Shown here piece after piece: positions 7,406 to 14,079 of a DNA stretch of 24,520 bases. The stretch is from positions 1 through 24,520 of IMG/VR virus record IMGVR_UViG_3300025810_000078, one strand, 5' to 3'. The DNA is from a virus (lineage: Duplodnaviria > Caudoviricetes). The first letter of the stretch is position 1. Each line of letters opens with the position of its first letter. The translations under genes and the position numbers were made by a program. Under the pieces are notes generated by a model. The model had not been told where the DNA came from. It worked only from the letters and a program-made list of their open reading frames with translations, and did not search any database.

Positions 7406-7445
7406 TGCGTTAAAAAGGAAAGTAATGTGTTAAAAGGAAAACATA
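7384..7445 (+). repeat. Three-copy tandem repeat of 20-21 nt
   Basis: atgtgttaaaagggaaacata (7384-7404), atgcgttaaaaaggaaagta (7405-7424), atgtgttaaaaggaaaacata (7425-7445). Confidence 0.9.
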
Positions 7446-7503
7446 AGCGAATCGCCGAGCTAGAGAAAGCATTGAACGACAAGACTTGACAAGCCTAACC
7501 CAT

Positions 7504-7532
7504 TGGACAAGCAGGAGAAATTCGGATACCAT
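7504..7532 (+). promoter_or_regulatory. Candidate sigma70-type promoter (possibly leaderless transcript)
   Basis: TGGACA, 17-nt spacer, TACCAT. An ATG lies 6 nt downstream at 7539 with no well-spaced SD. Confidence 0.4.
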
Positions 7533-7538
7533 AGAAGT

Positions 7539-7760
7539 ATGAACGACGAAAAACGCCTGACGCCTGGGGAAATCGAGCGAATCAAGCAGGAATGCGCGAT
7601 GAACCAGGCTTACCAGGACGACCACGACGATGATCTAAAAGCTCACCTGTTAGCCCGCCGAGACTGGCGCAAGGCAGCACAAGCCGAGGCATTAGCCAGT
7701 GGCGACTTCGAAGATGAGTCGCTACTATTCCCTTCCTACGACAACATCTACTACTACTGA
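7539..7760 (+). CDS. Hypothetical acidic protein
   Basis: MNDEKRLTPGEIERIKQECAMN...DNIYYY. Start uncertain (TTG 7503, ATG 7539 or later). Confidence 0.5.
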   Translation: MNDEKRLTPGEIERIKQECAMNQAYQDDHDDDLKAHLLARRDWRKAAQAEALASGDFEDESLLFPSYDNIYYY

Positions 7761-7761
7761 T

Positions 7762-7914
7762 ATGCCTGACAAATCTAAGAAATATACTAACCTTGGCAGT
7801 GGTCTGGCTGGTAAAGCACAGCGCGCACTGCTAGGACGTAAGCGTAACTTAGATGCACAGATAGCCAATGTATCCGCTAGCCGACCCGCTAAACCAAAGA
7901 AGGTCAAGCAGTAA
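7762..7914 (+). CDS. Small basic protein (50 aa)
   Basis: MPDKSKKYTNLGSGLAGKAQRALLGRKRNLDAQIANV.... Starts 1 nt after the upstream stop; its stop abuts the endolysin start. Confidence 0.55.
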   Translation: MPDKSKKYTNLGSGLAGKAQRALLGRKRNLDAQIANVSASRPAKPKKVKQ

Positions 7915-8298
7915 GTGACGCTAGGCGAACGCCAGCGCCAGTTCATCTTCAAGGTGGCACAGCTTATCATCTGGTGCTATGGCCGTGGATATGAGTTAAG
8001 CCTGGGCGATGGCTACCGTGACCCGCGCGCATTCGGTGTGAGTGGTGAAGCTGGGCCGTATGGCAGCAGGACAAGCAACCATAAGAAACGCCTGGCTATC
8101 GACCTAAATCTATTCATCGATGGCGAATATATATCCGATGGCGGCAATCCAGCATGGCAGGAAATAGGTGAGGTGTGGGAATACTTGGCCAAGGATATCA
8201 ATGGCCGATGGGGCGGAAGGTTTGAAGACGCTAATCATATCGAGGCGCCTGAGCATGAGTGGCGCGACGATGAACCAGAACGTCCGATTTGGCTATGA
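7915..8298 (+). CDS. Endolysin, peptidase M15 family
   Basis: GDGYRD, SNHKKRLAIDL (His/Asp zinc ligands) and WGGRF.DANH (third ligand). Confidence 0.88.
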   Translation: MTLGERQRQFIFKVAQLIIWCYGRGYELSLGDGYRDPRAFGVSGEAGPYGSRTSNHKKRLAIDLNLFIDGEYISDGGNPAWQEIGEVWEYLAKDINGRWGGRFEDANHIEAPEHEWRDDEPERPIWL

Positions 8299-8489
8299 CT
8301 GAGATGGTTATAGAACGCCTGGATGGACCGGCTGTCCTAGTGTCATTCGTGTTCTTGATGCTAGTATGGCGTGCGTTCACAGCGTTGAATCAGCAGCTTA
8401 TCGCTATCGTAAAGGAATCAACCACAGCAATGCACGAACTTACCAGCGCATTCAAAGAACTGCGAGAAGAAGTAAGGCGGAACAAATGA
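8295..8489 (+). CDS. Single-TM holin-like protein (BhlA/UviB-like architecture)
   Basis: One N-terminal hydrophobic helix followed by a coiled coil. ATGA overlap with the endolysin stop. Confidence 0.5.
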   Translation: MTEMVIERLDGPAVLVSFVFLMLVWRAFTALNQQLIAIVKESTTAMHELTSAFKELREEVRRNK

Positions 8490-8647
8490 GCATATTCAGG
8501 AAATTAACGAAGGATGACGCGCCACTGGAAACCGTGGCTAACCTCCTCAAGATGCACGAGAAGGCGCGGCGCGACCTATCGGATACACTCAGCGAGAGGC
8601 AGTTCGAGATGAGGGATACCAGGATCCAGAGAGATGAGGCCAAGTGA
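8486..8647 (+). CDS. Hypothetical charged protein (53 aa)
   Basis: MSIFRKLTKDDAPLETVANLLKMHEKARRDL.... ATGA and GTGA overlaps with its neighbours. Confidence 0.55.
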   Translation: MSIFRKLTKDDAPLETVANLLKMHEKARRDLSDTLSERQFEMRDTRIQRDEAK

Positions 8648-9189
8648 TTGAAGCGATTGCACTACCACTGGCAGGCGTAGCTGATCGAGTACGTGGCGGC
8701 TATCCGGAAGGCAAGCGCCCGAAGTGGGCCAGGGACGCAGCTAAGGCTGTAGCTGGAGCTGTCATGGCCGCGCAAGTGGTGGGCCTACATCCTATCATCG
8801 CAGCTGTAGCGGCCAGTGTGGCGCTCCTAGGCTGGCGATTTGATAACGGATGGCGTGGCAAGTGGGTGCTGGCCAGCGCGGATATCTGGCATTACGAGAA
8901 GCGCAGCGAGAATAAGATCGTAGGCTTCTCAGAGCTAACACTAGCACGAGAGGCGACAGGCTGGGGATTCAAGCACAGCATTGCATATGCGCCGCTAGCA
9001 ATGATTGATTGGCGCGCTTACTTGGTATTTGTAGGTGCGTGCATGGTGGGTACGGTATTCGCCATGCTACTGGCTAACACATTCAAGCGCATGCCGTTGC
9101 TCGAAGCGCGTACGCCATGGAGCGTTGGCGAGCTGATTGAACTGCCCGTTATTGGGCTATTGTTTCATTTGATTATGGTGGGGATATAG
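8644..9189 (+). CDS. Multi-pass membrane protein
   Basis: Several hydrophobic segments. GTG start overlapping the upstream stop. N-terminal DRVRGG. Confidence 0.65.
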   Translation: MIEAIALPLAGVADRVRGGYPEGKRPKWARDAAKAVAGAVMAAQVVGLHPIIAAVAASVALLGWRFDNGWRGKWVLASADIWHYEKRSENKIVGFSELTLAREATGWGFKHSIAYAPLAMIDWRAYLVFVGACMVGTVFAMLLANTFKRMPLLEARTPWSVGELIELPVIGLLFHLIMVGI

Positions 9190-9191
9190 AT

Positions 9192-9374
9192 ATGGCTAAA
9201 TACTCGAAAGCAATTGCGGCGCTTGTAAGCGCTGTTATCGGCGTACTGGTGGCGTTCAACGTGGTGGCTCCGGCTGTTGCTGATTCGCTTAACCCTGAGA
9301 CTGTGACGCTACTGGTTACTACCGTGCTTACGGTCGCAGGTGTGTTCCTTGCTCCGGCTAACGCGGAAAGCTAA
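9192..9374 (+). CDS. Two-TM holin-like protein
   Basis: MAKYSKAIAALVSAVIGVLVAF...TLLVTTVLTVAGVFLAP: two hydrophobic helices, within the lysis cassette. Confidence 0.6.
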   Translation: MAKYSKAIAALVSAVIGVLVAFNVVAPAVADSLNPETVTLLVTTVLTVAGVFLAPANAES

Positions 9375-9590
9375 ATGCTGTGGTTTGTATCCTTCGGCAT
9401 CTTCCTATTACTGATGGGGGCGTTCGCGCTTGGTTGCAAGATGGCCAAGCCGCAAATGACGCAGGCGCAGCGAGATGAGCTGGTGGCACAGCTTAGTGAA
9501 GCAGCGAAAGGTGCTGTTAGTAATCGTGCCAGGTTTGAGCTTGAGCGCAGGATGCGCAGAGATACCACTAGCACTGATAGCGGCAAATAA
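9375..9590 (+). CDS. Putative inner-membrane spanin (Rz-like)
   Basis: N-terminal TM followed by a helical charged segment. Overlapped out of frame by a lipoprotein gene. Confidence 0.55.
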   Translation: MLWFVSFGIFLLLMGAFALGCKMAKPQMTQAQRDELVAQLSEAAKGAVSNRARFELERRMRRDTTSTDSGK

Positions 9591-9765
9591 CGCGGCGTCA
9601 ATATACGACCGTGTGAAGCCAATCAGTGTTGAGCCTGATGGCTCTATACCATGCGGGGCCATTGAGCGCGTCTATCTTGATGGCGACCTTGGTGGGTTAA
9701 CTGACAACGACTTAAAGGCGATTGATTACAATAATGAAATCATTGAGCGATTATGTTCGGATTAA
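9496..9765 (+). CDS. Putative outer-membrane lipoprotein spanin (Rz1-like)
   Basis: From the GTG at 9496: MKQRKVLLVIVPGLSLSAG-C, a basic n-region, hydrophobic core and lipobox. Two further Cys (IPCG, RLCSD). Starts inside the Rz-like gene. Confidence 0.6.
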   Translation: MKQRKVLLVIVPGLSLSAGCAEIPLALIAANNAASIYDRVKPISVEPDGSIPCGAIERVYLDGDLGGLTDNDLKAIDYNNEIIERLCSD

Positions 9766-10084
9766 GACGTGCGTATTAACAGCCGCGCTTTTTCTGCTAA
9801 CACTGCCCGCGCTCGATGGCGCAGCACAGCCATTCGTGCGGCAACTGGAACGCGAAGACAAGCCAACGCTGATAATGTCATGTGGCCGATGGGCGCAGTT
9901 ATACATGGTGGTAGCGGAGCATGGCCTAGCGAAGACAATACTGTGGCTACAGATGCCCCAAAGTAACAGCAGGCCAAGCGACGTTGAGTATATCACATCT
10001 GACATAATCCCACTACTTGAATCTAATGCGGTGTCATCATCCTACGCTGGCGCGTGGGGTATCTGCGCAGGTAATCAGATATAG
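9734..10084 (+). CDS. Hypothetical protein with signal peptide/TM
   Basis: Hydrophobic CVLTAALFLLTLPAL followed by GAA|QP. Start uncertain. Confidence 0.5.
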   Translation: MKSLSDYVRIKTCVLTAALFLLTLPALDGAAQPFVRQLEREDKPTLIMSCGRWAQLYMVVAEHGLAKTILWLQMPQSNSRPSDVEYITSDIIPLLESNAVSSSYAGAWGICAGNQI

Positions 10085-10839
10085 TGCGGCGCCACGTAAT
10101 GATACCGGATACCCAGGTCAAGCCTGGTGTTCCGGTAAAGCACATCAAGGCAGCTGGTAATTGGATTAAGGAACATTGCAAGGCAGGCGATAGGATAATC
10201 ATTATCGGCGACTGGTGGGATATGCCGAGCCTGAACAGCTACGATAAGCCTGGATCATACGGCTGGGAAGACTACGACCTAGATGCAGATATAGAGGCAG
10301 GCAACGAAGCAATGACCATGCTGTTCAAGGCAGTAGGCAGGCTTAACAAGAACCTTGACTGGCATTTCACTGAGGGCAATCACGAGTATCGAATGAGCAG
10401 AGCGCGCGCCGATGCGCTCTCTCGACGTTATGGCCAGCAAGTATTCAGCTATAACCGCCTGAACCTGGAACGATGTAAACACCATATGTTCCTGCGCATT
10501 AAAGAGCTGGATGGCGTCAACTACTGCCATTACTTCTCAGACCCAAACGCGCACACCGACCGTCCTATCGGCGGAACCATCCAGAACAGACTACGCAAGC
10601 TGATGGGTTCATTCGTAATGGGCCACCAGCAGGAACATAGATTCGACCAGCTAATGACTGTTAGCGGGCGCTTTATTCATGGCCTGGTAAGTGGAAGATT
10701 CTATACCCACGATGAAGACTACCGTGGGCCACAGAAGAACCGCGAATGGTCAGGCATTAATGTATTGAACGATGTACGCAAAGGCGAATATGACATTATG
10801 CCTTTGTCTCAACGCTACTTGGAAAGAGAGTATTTATAA
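10084..10839 (+). CDS. Calcineurin-like metallophosphoesterase (phage type)
   Basis: IPDTQ, IGDWWD, EGNHE, YCHY and MGHQQ motifs. Confidence 0.88.
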   Translation: MRRHVMIPDTQVKPGVPVKHIKAAGNWIKEHCKAGDRIIIIGDWWDMPSLNSYDKPGSYGWEDYDLDADIEAGNEAMTMLFKAVGRLNKNLDWHFTEGNHEYRMSRARADALSRRYGQQVFSYNRLNLERCKHHMFLRIKELDGVNYCHYFSDPNAHTDRPIGGTIQNRLRKLMGSFVMGHQQEHRFDQLMTVSGRFIHGLVSGRFYTHDEDYRGPQKNREWSGINVLNDVRKGEYDIMPLSQRYLEREYL

Positions 10840-11121
10840 ATGGGAATATTAAGCAAGTTATTCGGCGAGAATAACGTACCACTGAACGAGTTCAAGACTA
10901 CGCACGAGTTCTATGCGGAGAACTATATGGGGATTCCCGAGATCCGCACTAAGTTTGATGGCTTGTGGACGTGTGAAGTAAACATCAATGGCCGTAAAGG
11001 TTACAAGGATGCTCGCGAAGTACTAAAGGATGAAGACAAGGAAGCTGCAAAAGCCAAAGCGCAGCAGTGGATGCAGAACAAGATGCGCGATGATTACCAG
11101 CCGGAACCGGAGAAAGACTGA
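10840..11121 (+). CDS. Hypothetical protein (93 aa)
   Basis: Directly abuts or overlaps both neighbours. Confidence 0.6.
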   Translation: MGILSKLFGENNVPLNEFKTTHEFYAENYMGIPEIRTKFDGLWTCEVNINGRKGYKDAREVLKDEDKEAAKAKAQQWMQNKMRDDYQPEPEKD

Positions 11122-11534
11122 TGGCTATTAAATACGTTCAGACACTTAGCCACAATATGCTAGACGAAATCACTGCGCTGATTGATGCAGGCGCAGGCGC
11201 TGGCACGCTACGGATTTATGACGGCACAGTGCCAGCCGATGCGGATACCGCGCTATCCGGCAATACGTTGCTAGCGCAGCTAACCATGAGCGACCCAAGC
11301 GCAGCCGCCGCCAGTGGCGACGACTGGACAGCTTCGAGCATTACAGCTGATTCTAGCGCAGATGCAAGCGGAACCGCAACATTTTTCCGTATCCTTGATT
11401 CGAATGCCAATGTAGTGCTTCAAGGTACTGTGGCCGCGTCAGGCGCAGATTTGAACTTATCACCTAGTGCGGTTATTGCAATCACGGATAACGTTGACGT
11501 GACCAGCCTGGTGATTACTGAAGGCAACACTTAA
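11121..11534 (+). CDS. Putative virion structural protein (Ala/Ser/Thr-rich)
   Basis: LRIYDGTVP..AD...LLA.L and ADASGTATFFRI...QGTV...ADL.L resemble a common phage structural/fibre-associated family. Confidence 0.7.
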   Translation: MAIKYVQTLSHNMLDEITALIDAGAGAGTLRIYDGTVPADADTALSGNTLLAQLTMSDPSAAAASGDDWTASSITADSSADASGTATFFRILDSNANVVLQGTVAASGADLNLSPSAVIAITDNVDVTSLVITEGNT

Positions 11535-11607
11535 GCCGTGAATCTAGTTAGATAGCAAATTTGGTTCACGCCACACTTCCGCAAGTGCGGGACTTCAAAG
11601 GGTATTT

Positions 11608-12057
11608 ATGGCTTTATTAGCAACAAACAACAGCGCCGCAGAAGCTTACCGGCAAATCAAAAATAATGCCGTACAGCTACGTGCTAATGCGCAGTCTATT
11701 GCGACCAAGTTAGCTTCTGGTAATGTTGAATATGAGTATTTGAGGGACGTTTACAACACATTGTCGCGCTCAAAAGACCAGCTAGCATTGTTGAGGGCGA
11801 CCCAAGGCATTGTGCAGTACGCAAAAGACCAGGAGGAGGACGTTAATTACGCAGTAAAGACAGAGATCAATGCTCTTACCTCTGCGATTGGCGATGCTTT
11901 GACGTGGATGAGAACAAACGTCCCGCGCAGTGTGCAGGTGCTTGCGTTAAACGAATGGCAAGATTTGTCTAAGTCTTTAATTGTAGAGGTAATGACACCA
12001 GCAGAAACGGCTGGCCTTGTGACCGAATTAAACAAGATCACTACAGCAATTAGCTGA
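11608..12057 (+). CDS. Hypothetical helical protein (149 aa), possible fibre chaperone or structural protein
   Basis: Clean ORF coupled (TGATG) to the next gene. Function is inferred from position only. Confidence 0.6.
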   Translation: MALLATNNSAAEAYRQIKNNAVQLRANAQSIATKLASGNVEYEYLRDVYNTLSRSKDQLALLRATQGIVQYAKDQEEDVNYAVKTEINALTSAIGDALTWMRTNVPRSVQVLALNEWQDLSKSLIVEVMTPAETAGLVTELNKITTAIS

Positions 12058-13184
12058 TGGCCTTTGCAGAAGTATCGACCCATACCAATAGCTCGGGTTC
12101 TGGGGTTGGCAGCCTTACCGTCACCGTTTCTGGTGCAGTAGCAAATAATCTACTTGTTGGGCAAATTACAGTCAGGAATGGCGGTGATGCATTTACTACA
12201 CCAACCGGCTGGACGCTAATAGACACGCACAGCACCGGATCATTCGGTTACGCGACGTATTATCGAATAGCTAGCGGAACTTCCGCTGACGACGCTGCAT
12301 TCTCTTGGACAGACAACGGTCCTTGTTACGGGGCTGTTGTAGAGTATTCGGGTAACGCGACCTCAAGTGTTTTAGTCCAGTCGAGTGAAAAGACTTCTGA
12401 TCTTGGCAGTACCCTTACGTCGCACACAACGAACAGCATAACGCCGACAGCAAGCAATCTTATTTTGGCTGCGTTAGCAGTCCTGCATAACGCTGGTTGG
12501 AATACGCCAACGTCACAAACAACGACGGTTAGTTCTCCATTCTCGTTAAGCGATGAGAACACGACAGCTTCTAGCGGTCAGCCTTACGCCGCTATCGCTT
12601 ACTACGAAACGCCGGATACCACAGCTAGAACAGCGACATTTACAACTACTGACGTCGGATCAGAGCCAGCGTCGGTCATTATGGAGTTTGCCGCAGCAGC
12701 AGGCGGCATTACCGGCACGGTAGCGAAGACTGAAGGCGCGGATACAGCGGTTGCAGCAGGCGCGATATTCAGTTACATCACTGGCACAACAGCAGTGACA
12801 GAGGGCGCCGATACAGCAGCAGCAGCTGGCGCCATCTTCAGCTACATAACAGGAACCACAGCCGTTACAGAAAGTGCTGATACGTGCGTAGCCGGCGGCA
12901 CGATAAGTTCAGCAGGCAGCGTAACAGGCACGGCAGCGATCACAGAGCAAGCCGATACAATGGTTGGCACTGGCGCAGCATTTGGCTATATCACTGGCAC
13001 TGCTGCAATCACTGAGGGCGCGGATACGTGCGTAGGAACGAACGGCGTAGCACCAGACTATTTCCCATTCCAACAAGTAGGCTTTTGGAATGCTGCAATC
13101 ATCGCGGCAAGACTTGAAGAAACAAATTTAATAGAAGCTGAACTGCGCACATCCAACACCACAACAGACAAGCACATAAACTAA
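12057..13184 (+). CDS. Thr/Ser/Ala-rich fibre/spike-like protein with five 23-25-aa repeats
   Basis: Beta-rich N-terminal domain (TPTGWT, YRIA, EYSG), then five copies of [IV]TGTxAxTExADT. Confidence 0.7.
   Translation: MAFAEVSTHTNSSGSGVGSLTVTVSGAVANNLLVGQITVRNGGDAFTTPTGWTLIDTHSTGSFGYATYYRIASGTSADDAAFSWTDNGPCYGAVVEYSGNATSSVLVQSSEKTSDLGSTLTSHTTNSITPTASNLILAALAVLHNAGWNTPTSQTTTVSSPFSLSDENTTASSGQPYAAIAYYETPDTTARTATFTTTDVGSEPASVIMEFAAAAGGITGTVAKTEGADTAVAAGAIFSYITGTTAVTEGADTAAAAGAIFSYITGTTAVTESADTCVAGGTISSAGSVTGTAAITEQADTMVGTGAAFGYITGTAAITEGADTCVGTNGVAPDYFPFQQVGFWNAAIIAARLEETNLIEAELRTSNTTTDKHIN
12708..13040 (+). repeat. Five in-frame coding repeats (about 69 nt unit)
   Basis: ITGTVAKTEGADTAVAAGAIFSY / ITGTTAVTEGADTAAAAGAIFSY / ITGTTAVTESADTCVAGGTISSAGS / VTGTAAITEQADTMVGTGAAFGY / ITGTAAITEGADTCVG. 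Confidence 0.9.
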
Positions 13185-13447
13185 TGACACCAGTACTAGA
13201 GCTAATCGAGTGGCGCGATATCGTTAGCCATTCCACTGGCTGGCTATCGCGCGAAGATATCTCACAGATGGAAACCTGGCCTATGTTCACAGTAGGCTAT
13301 GTCATAGAAGAAACGGAAGACACGATCAAAGTAGTATCCACGCATTCACACCCCAAGCACGACGATATTACTTATGGACACGACACAATCATACCAAAGG
13401 GCGCCGTTACCAGGCGCAAAATCTTACGCAAACGATGGTGGTTATAA
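13184..13447 (+). CDS. Conserved phage hypothetical protein (WxD...GW...TVGY...IPKG type)
   Basis: IEWRD, TGW, TVGYV and IIPKG pattern seen in small phage beta-barrel proteins. Confidence 0.7.
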   Translation: MTPVLELIEWRDIVSHSTGWLSREDISQMETWPMFTVGYVIEETEDTIKVVSTHSHPKHDDITYGHDTIIPKGAVTRRKILRKRWWL

Positions 13448-13732
13448 ATGAGCAATGGGCCTAGGAACTGTGTAACGAAGCTGCTAGATGCAGTAACGGC
13501 GACGACTGAAAGCACGGTATATGGCGGTAAGGGTTCTCGCGTATTCCAGATCCTTATCACTGGCACGGCCACAGTGCAAATGCAGGCGTCAGTAGACAAC
13601 ACTAATTGGGTTAGTTTGGGCGCTGCTATCACAGCCAGTGGTGGTTATGAGTCTGAGGCGCCGTGGCCATACATGCGCGCTACTGTATCGTCTTACACAA
13701 ATGGCGCGGTTACTGTTTGGGTAGCTGATTAA
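13448..13732 (+). CDS. Putative small beta-sandwich virion protein
   Basis: ATVQMQASVDNTNW and PYMRA pattern. Abuts both neighbours. Confidence 0.6.
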   Translation: MSNGPRNCVTKLLDAVTATTESTVYGGKGSRVFQILITGTATVQMQASVDNTNWVSLGAAITASGGYESEAPWPYMRATVSSYTNGAVTVWVAD

Positions 13733-14079
13733 TGGTCACCAAAAAGACACCAGCAAAGCGCAAAGTAAAGGCCCGCAAGGTCGAAGCGCACGCTGGCGCC
13801 CAGGCGCTAGTAGGCCACGATGAGACTGAGAAACGCCAGAACGCCGACGCTAACGTAAAGATAGGCGAAGTGATAGCGACACTTGAAGCGATGGGTTACG
13901 ACCCAGTTAAGAAGCTTGTCGAAGCACGCAACGGTCACAACCTAAACGAATTCCAGAAGGTAGCCATCGACAAGGAACTAATGAAGTACGTACACGCGCA
14001 GAAGAAGGCTGTTGATTTAACCGCGCAGGTAGATGGAACCATAACCGTGCAAGTGTCTGAGGTTGAAGACGATCTTTAA
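13732..14079 (+). CDS. terS: Putative terminase small subunit
   Basis: Immediately upstream of and overlapping TerL. Basic N-terminus, DP...L, KELMKYVH..KKAV and a C-terminal beta segment. Confidence 0.6.
   Translation: MVTKKTPAKRKVKARKVEAHAGAQALVGHDETEKRQNADANVKIGEVIATLEAMGYDPVKKLVEARNGHNLNEFQKVAIDKELMKYVHAQKKAVDLTAQVDGTITVQVSEVEDDL

Noticed and set aside
7384-7445. CRISPR mini-array
   Set aside because: The repeats are directly adjacent with no spacers and are not palindromic.
7486-7491. Perfect TTGACA as a promoter -35
   Set aside because: There is no -10-like hexamer 16-18 nt downstream.
11535-11607. c-di-GMP-I riboswitch (GCAAA, GGGAC and CAAAG fragments)
   Set aside because: The motif order and spacing do not fit and there is no second stem with the receptor motif. 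Kept only as generic structure.
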